Assembly (NCBI GenBank): GCA_001179505.1
Contig: CDMY01000831.1
Span: forward strand, 186,001 to 250,000
Length of the DNA stretch: 64,000 nt
Source: Vitrella brassicaformis CCMP3155
Taxonomy: Eukaryota; Protista; Chromerida
Reading direction: 5' to 3'
Position 1 is the first letter of the stretch, and each line of letters begins with the position of its first letter. The position numbers and the translations under genes are program-made. The notes beneath the pieces are model-generated. The model did not search any database and had not been told where the DNA came from. It saw only the letters and a program-made list of their open reading frames with translations. Below, one piece after another: positions 57,101 through 64,000 of the stretch.

Positions 57101-58829
57101 CTCATCGGTCATGCCGGCAGCGAAGGTCCGCGCGCGCTGCTTGCTCCTTGGGCTCATGTCGTGTGCAGGGGCTCGGTGTGCTGCCGTGGAGACGGACGTG
57201 CGGGCGTGCTCGGGGGGGTGGCGGACAAACGACTCAGGCGAGGAGGACGGGTGGGACGAGGGGGTCTTGTACCGGGGCGCTACAGGGCCTTCGTTGACCT
57301 CCAGCCGGCCGTCGGGCCGCACACGGATCGAAAACACATCAGACAAACCTGCACAGCACAGCACAAACAGACAGACAGACAGACAGTCACAAACAGACAG
57401 AGACACAGATCTCTCCAGCGACCCGACCCATGTCAGCAGTCAGTCAGTGAGTCAGTAAGATACGCGTGGTTGGTGGGCTGACCGACCGGCGTTGCTTTGG
57501 TCTTCTTCGCCGATAGTGGGGGGGATGCCGGTGAGAATCGACTTTCGCACACCAGCGGGCGATGTGCCGCCGCCCCCGATGGGCAGCGATATGGACGGCC
57601 GGACACCCAGCCGCCCCTCTGGCTGGGTGGTGACCCGCAGCTCGGACGTCTTGCGATCGACGGCTATGATGATGGACTTGGAGGGAACGACATCCTCGAC
57701 ACCCGCTGGCACATCCACCTGGTCGCACAAGAGACAGACAGGCACAACAAAGAGACACGTCGGTGTGTGTGTGTGGGGGCAGGGGTGTGTATGTGTACCG
57801 ACCGATTCTTTGAGCATTCTGAGGCACCACCTGAGTGTGCCGGCCTGTGAGCGCTTGGGCGTCTTGTGCAGGACGGCCTCAACCGCCGGACGATAGGGCC
57901 GCGGCGCCCTCAGCGGCTGACGCATGTCCACCTGCAGACATGCATACATCCAATCTATGGCCATCCATCGCCGCACCGCACACACAGACACAGAGGCCGT
58001 CATTTCATCAATCTGTCTGACCGTGGGGTCGAAGTATCTGACAAGTGGGAAGTCCTGGAAGAAGCTGCCGGACACTGAGCACTCGACGGACGCGACGCCC
58101 CACTCGACCATATTTGGCTTCTTTGGGTTGCGACAAGAGGCGTAAGCGATGCGGCAAGTCACGAAGATGCTGCCTGTACCGACCTGGGCGGCAGAGAGTT
58201 TGAATGGACCTTTCAGTAAGGGAGTGCACACGAGTGCGGATGCGGTGTGTATGTGCCCACCTCCTGCGACACAAACGGGCCGATGGGGAAGCCGTGACAC
58301 CAGTAACCCTGATACACACGGACACCAGAAGCATCCCCCCATTCAGAAGTGGGATGGGGGTCCTTTAGAGAGGGGGAGGGAGGGAAGGGGTGAGTGGAGG
58401 TGAGCCCACCCTACCTGCAGCCGTTCGCCGGTTTCAGTGTCTTCGAGCCACTCGCCATATCCGTCTGGGCGGCCCTCATCATCCAGCCCGCCCTTGTATC
58501 GCAGCTGATGCGAGAATGGCTGGTGGCTGCGACGCACACCTACACAAACACAACACACGGACGGTAGGACAAATACAGACAGAGATGCGATGCGATCGCT
58601 GCGGTTTGTTTCTGTGCGTCTGTCTGTCTGGGTCGGGTGGGTAGCTACTCACCTGGGTCAGCTGAGCACCTGTAGATGGACCTGAGGCACCAGGTGATGA
58701 AGCAGCAGGGGTTGTTGCCGCACCAGCAGTCGCTCGCACGGTCGTACGCAAAGTAGTTTTGCCGCCGACGGATCAGCCACAACGACTCGCCACACGGACA
58801 CCAAAACCCTACAGCACAGCACATCACAT

Positions 58830-58877
<48 letters not shown>

Positions 58878-59916
58878 TGTGTCACTCACTGCAGACGCGT
58901 GCCACCAGACAGCCACCAATTTTACCCCCACCTTGTGAGGCGATTCTTGGGGCGTATCTAATGATGAGTTGTGTGAGGACGATAATCACCAGCTGCGCCA
59001 TGAGGTAGACGATGAAAAGGTAAAGCCCCTCCCTCTCGGACCACCCGGGCTTAGGCTCCTCGGTCGTAGGGTCCTCCTCAGGGTTCCACAACAGGTAGAC
59101 GCCAACGCACAGTATGATCCACGCGTAAGAGAACCACATCGACCAACGGAGCGACAGGGATGTCTGGATACTGACCAGGTCAACAGAACCCATGGCAGGA
59201 CAGGCACACAGACGCACACACCCATGGCACACACAAGATGTGACGTTTGGCTCACTTCACTGACTGGGGAGCTGAGCTGAGCTGACCGTCCCTACCGTGC
59301 GAACATGAGGAGGAGTTTGATAACGAAGAGGAGAAGGACGACGTCCCTGATGATCTCCCTGGGCGTCTGCCCTATGCGGATGTAGACGCCCGCCCAGATC
59401 TTGCCATCCTGCTTCTCACCGCTGTCCGGGAAGGACTTCTCGGGGGGGGCGTCGAAGTACCCCAGGTGGATGAAGCCGGTCAGAATGAGGCAGAAGACCA
59501 CCACAATGAAGGTTCGCTTGTTCTGCGCCCGCTGCCTCACGCCGTGGTACTGACGCCTCAGCCGCCTGTAGTCCATCTGCATCAAGGCAACGCAACGCAG
59601 GGCAGGCACCCAGCAAACGGATCAAAGGAGAGAGACAACAGAAAGACGGACACAAAAGAGGGAGGCGTTGTGACTGATGATTCTTCTCTCTTGTGTCCTT
59701 GTCTTGTGTGGTTGGCTCACATAGTTGATTGTTGACTTGAGCCGCTGCGGGATGGGGTGGACGTAGTAGGGCTCTGGCTCGTCGGGCGACTGCACGAGTG
59801 GGTAGAAATCAAACACACACACGCACACACACACACACAAACCGATAGATACACAATACCCCTCCCTGTCATCTCACCGCCGCCATGATGTGGGGCATGG
59901 GGGCCACTGACGCCAT
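54114..59916 (-). CDS. Multi-pass membrane protein with MORN-like motif and DUF900-like alpha/beta hydrolase domain
   Basis: N-terminal TM exons (FIVVVFCLILTGFIHLG; WFSYAWIILCVGVYLLW; LFIVYLMAQLVIIVLTQL); YKGGLDDEGRPDGYGEW; hydrolase motifs VVIFIHGFN, FVFTWPG, HIMSHSAGAR (nucleophile elbow), VLLLNPD, ITLYGDTKDQ and WLDIDVVDTT. The 3' end is approximate. Confidence 0.72.
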
Positions 59917-60782
59917 GGTGATGGGATGATGACAGAGAGAGGGAAGGATGGATGGATTGGATGTGTCAATCGACTCGACAATGGATACTAGATAGAGGGG
60001 ACAGAGGGAGGGAGGGCCTGGCACGGAGGTGGGCGGGTCAGTGAGGCTCAATCAGACGATTGATTTTCGGAACGATGAGAGAGCAAGGGTGGTGGACAAG
60101 GGGATGCGATCACAACCAACATGCCGTTGATGGTCTTCCCTCCCTGAAATCTTCTCCTTCTGCGAGCTGCGAGCTTTGAGCTTCCCGTCTCCAGATCTGC
60201 CCTGCGTTGATTTCATCCTCGTGATAGTGCATACGGATCCACAGACAGCAATCACAGTCACAATGCATGCAGCTGCAGCAGGCGAAATCCATTCATTCAT
60301 CGCAATTCATTGTCTGCTGACTGACTGGCCGGGCAATGAGGTGCTCATTCATGTAGACAGACGGGCCATGGATGCATCCATATGTATATAATATATGACT
60401 CTGCACCGTGGGACTCTGAGTATCACGGACACACAGACGAGTGTTAGGGTTAATGCAAGTTGAGAGAGGTTCAATGCATCCATACACAAAACAAACAGAC
60501 TGGCCGTCCGTCCGCTTGTGTGTCTATCTGCCCACCATACATACATACATACGTCACTCATCTGCACTGCCGACATGTTAGTACGGACGGACGGCCGTGA
60601 GAAGGCTGATGGATACGCAGCTCTCGTCGCCGCCGTGCAGTGCATGGGACAGACAGGGACGTGCAGTGGAGCGGATAACCCACACCGGCAGCACGCAGCA
60701 CAGCACAGCACAGAATAGGGGACGGGGCAACACACACCTGTTCGTCTCATTTATTTGCGTCACGCATGGTCAATCAATTGAT

Positions 60783-62940
60783 TCATTCCTTTGCGGCAGT
60801 CTCAGCGGCGTCCTTCATGGTGTGGTCCTTGTCGGTCTTTTGCTTCTTGGCCCTCTCGCGCTGCTCTTTGAACGCCTCCTTGCCCTTGGCAAACAAGAGT
60901 CAAGGGCAACAACGAGTTGACCTTTTTGCTTGTGTGCTTGTTGTTTTGCCCTTTTGCTACCTTGGCAAACGCATCACGCAACATGTTCTTGCGGGCCAGG
61001 TGCCTACACACACACACACACACACACACACAGAAGGTGAGTGGGCTTGTCTGCCTCCATCCATCCATCCATCCATCCATCCATCTATCCATTCATCCAC
61101 TCATGTGTGTGGTGTGTGTGTACCTGAGAGCGCACAGGACGAATGGGACGAAGTCGTGGCGGCGCCGCGCATTCTCACGCTCCCACTTCTGCACTCACTC
61201 ACACATGCAGAAAGGCACTGACTGACATGGGTGCACGTGTGTGTGGGTGTTGAACGACCTTGAATTTCTGTTCCTCGTCGGCCACGACGGCCTGCAGCCG
61301 CTCTATCTCTGACGTGCACGACTTTTCAGCCTAATCAAATGCGTGGCCACACACACAACACACACACCTCCATCAATCCACGGCCGCGCCGTGTGTATAT
61401 GTGCCTTGAGCCACTCGCTCGCCTGTTTGAGTGCCTCGATGTCTGTGGGCAGATCCTCGATGGTCGGGCAGCCGGGGGGGGCGGAGTCCTCATCCACCTG
61501 CAGGGAGTGAGTGCACCACACGGCACCACGCCACACAAACCAAGAGATGCGATGCATGTGCTGTAGGTGTATGTATGGGAAAGGAGCGCGTGTGTGCGTG
61601 TGTGGGCTCACTTCGTCGTCGAGGTCCACTTCCTGGTCGAACGATATCAGCTTGACCCGCACACGCTGACGAATCACACTGATTAATCCATGAGCACAAG
61701 AACCACACACACCAAGACATCCATGTGTGGATGCGCTCCTCCTTCTCCCTCTCACTGACCGCTGCTTGTCGATGGCCTTGAGTGCCTCCTTCTTGCGGTC
61801 GCCCACGATGGCCAGGAGGTTGAAGCGGATCTCGCCCTCATCACCCTCACCCGCACGAGGCGAACTCTGATACCTACACAACACACCACAACACAACACA
61901 ACACAACACCCCACAACACACCCCACATGCGGTTTGCGATGCGTTGGTTGGTGCTGTGCTCACTTATCGATCCGGCGCTGTATCTCGGGCCTGACCTTCT
62001 CCAGCCAGTCATCCTCTGTGCCCTCGCCAACCTCTATCGGGCCCTGAAACACACACACACACACACACACACACATGCAGCCTCCCTCCCTCCCTCCCTC
62101 CCTCCCTCGCTCTCTCCTCGTCTCGTCTCGTCTGGTCTGGTCTGTGTGTGTCTGACGGGTTTGAGTCCGTCGAGTTCGTAGATTTTGCCCTTGAAGGGTA
62201 CGTATGAGATGAAGTGGAATGCGTCCTCCTTCTCGTCGTCTTTGTCCTGCACGAACTCGAACGACGACACCTTGTGGAACGAATTGTGCTCGCGACGCAA
62301 CACCTCGCTGTTCCCGATGGCCAGACCCTTTGTCTGCGCATCGAAGTCTGCCCATACCCACACACACACACACCCAGACACACACACATCGCAGGTGAGA
62401 TGGCTCTGGTCGTGTGTGGTGACCTTTGGTGAAGTGTTTGAACTCAGTGAGTTCAGTGCCGACGTCGATCTCCGGCCGGTTGAGGAGGACCGATAGGATG
62501 GCCTGGGTGGCGCATGCGTTGGTGACCTCCTGCTTGGCGACTGTAAATAGATAAAGCTCAAGCAAACACAACTCGTGTATCAGCCAGCCCATGTATCTGA
62601 CTGATTTTAAGTGAGCTCACAGAAGAGGTCCCTGTCGGGGAAGTTGACAACTGGTCGTGGGTCTCTCTCCTGCCGCCACTTGAACAGGAAGATGAGGCCG
62701 CTGTCGAAACGACACCAACGGACCACACAAAGGGCATTCATTAATGAGTTGGTGCGACTGACTCATTGATCAGCTGTTCTGCACTCACTAGACTTGGCTG
62801 AGTGAGAGGTCGGTGAATGCTGTGTCGTCGAGGCTGTAGACCTCCTCAAACTGCAGGTCCTTGACGCCTATCTTCTGCACCAGCTCCGTGAACACACCAG
62901 GGTCGCTCTCAATCGTGCACCAGCTGTTGGGACCCTCCAT
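60783..62940 (-). CDS. UCHL5: Ubiquitin C-terminal hydrolase UCH37/UCHL5 (peptidase C12)
   Basis: [39 protein letters not shown] (catalytic Cys), [23 protein letters not shown]...IYELDGLK (His/Asp), IRFNLLAIV and C-terminal [16 protein letters not shown]. Confidence 0.95.
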
Positions 62941-63340
62941 CGCAGGCAGATCTAGTAGACGTGCTGACTTCCCCTGTCCAACGCCTCGCCTGACAGACAG
63001 ACAGTCAGCCACAGAAAGCGATCTCGAACACGTGTTCCCTGGCTTGGCATGTGCTGTGGTTGGATGATGCACCTTGCAGTCTAGTCGCTGCGGACGGCCA
63101 CTAGAGGGGCCTGCCGTGTATGCACGCAGGTGTCTGATGTGATATGCTGCCAGTGATCTCTCACCCACCCGCCGAGTGTCCGAGTGTGGCTGTGAGTGAC
63201 AGCGACACGTGATATGCCGCCTGCACATACACTTGCGCTTTAGATCTGCAGGGTTCGGGTTTCAGGGTTCAACCGTTTTGAACCCGGTACACGAGGTGGT
63301 CTTGGCTGCGCAAGAGGTGGTTGCTGGCCGTGTGTTGCTG

Positions 63341-64000
63341 ATGAGTGAGGTGTCAAAGCGGCAGAGGCGTCCCGCGGAGGGAGAGAAGGATGACTTGGAA
63401 GAGGGACACAAGAACGCCGCGGCATCGCACAGCATAGACTTAGAGGCCTTTGCACAGCGCTTCAGCCAAATCGTATGACAATGGGAAGGGAGGCGGGGGG
63501 GGATGAAGGGAGACAGACTGGGATAGAGGGAGGGAACTTTGCCAGATGCAGCCACCAAACCACTGGCAAACACACGGATCTCATTGTCTCCTCTCTCTGT
63601 GTGGTGTGTGCTGTCCACTCAGCCTGTGGTCGTTGCCTACGTCTTCTCGTTCCTATCGCTTCATTTGGTGGCGGCGCTGCCCCGAAGGCTTTGGCGCCAC
63701 GTCGGCTGCCAGATCACCCAGCTGGTCGTGGGCGCCTACGACACGGCCGAGCGGCGCTTCTGGTGCGGCCTGTCCTTCAGCGATGCCTTCGAGTGGGGCC
63801 GGCAGCTCACACGGCTCGAGTCCATTATCGTGGAGTACCCCAGAGGCCTCTTCATTCAAAGGTCCACTCCTGCTGGGCGGCCATACGGTTGTGACAGCCG
63901 AACTCTGCCCCAGATGAGCGACAAGGCCGTCACGGCTTTGGTGGAGGGGCACAGCGAGGGGCAACCGTCACGTCCCACAATCGGGCAGCTCCACTACAGC
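63341..64000 (+). CDS. Partial gene with F-box-like start, lineage-expanded type; runs off the window
   Basis: MSEVSKRQRR...AFAQRFSQI | PVVVAYVFSFLSLHLVAALPRRLWRHVGCQ...FWCGLSFSDAFEWGRQLTRLESIIVEYP...AVTALVEGH; open to the end of the window. Confidence 0.6.

Noticed and set aside
1-64000. rRNA, tRNA or other structured ncRNA genes
   Set aside because: None recognised by eye; tRNAscan-SE or Infernal would be needed to exclude them.

Overview
This is a eukaryotic, intron-rich, GC-rich scaffold segment with a 300-N gap at 48-347 and short GT-AG introns full of (CA)n/(GT)n/(GACA)n/(TCCA)n microsatellites. The style resembles the chromerid alga Vitrella brassicaformis (inference only). Most ORFs in the supplied track are exon fragments or shadow frames, so I spliced the gene models by hand and many boundaries are approximate. 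Recognisable genes are a UCP-type mitochondrial carrier, a ZCCHC9-like zinc-knuckle protein, an OPR/HPR/FASTK-like helical-repeat protein, a PUB-domain protein, a coiled-coil/C1q-like protein, a membrane-bound DUF900-like alpha/beta hydrolase and UCH37/UCHL5. The main finding is five dispersed paralogues (4135-8216 -, 29210-32978 +, 33429-37185 +, 42873-46600 -, 49504-53260 -). Each splices through canonical introns into signal peptide + importin-alpha-like ARM repeats + one TM helix + disordered tail + C-terminal RING finger, which looks like a family of receptor-like membrane E3 ubiquitin ligases with a karyopherin-derived ectodomain. The family shows ectodomain/tail shuffling, variable ARM copy number, ectodomains more diverged than tails, intact and apparently damaged RINGs, and two independent compensated frameshifts. 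A second expansion is a Cys-loop PH-like gene (intact at 23940-25083) with a scrambled tandem array of partial copies at 14.9-17.1 kb. All homology calls are by-eye recognition; no database search was run.
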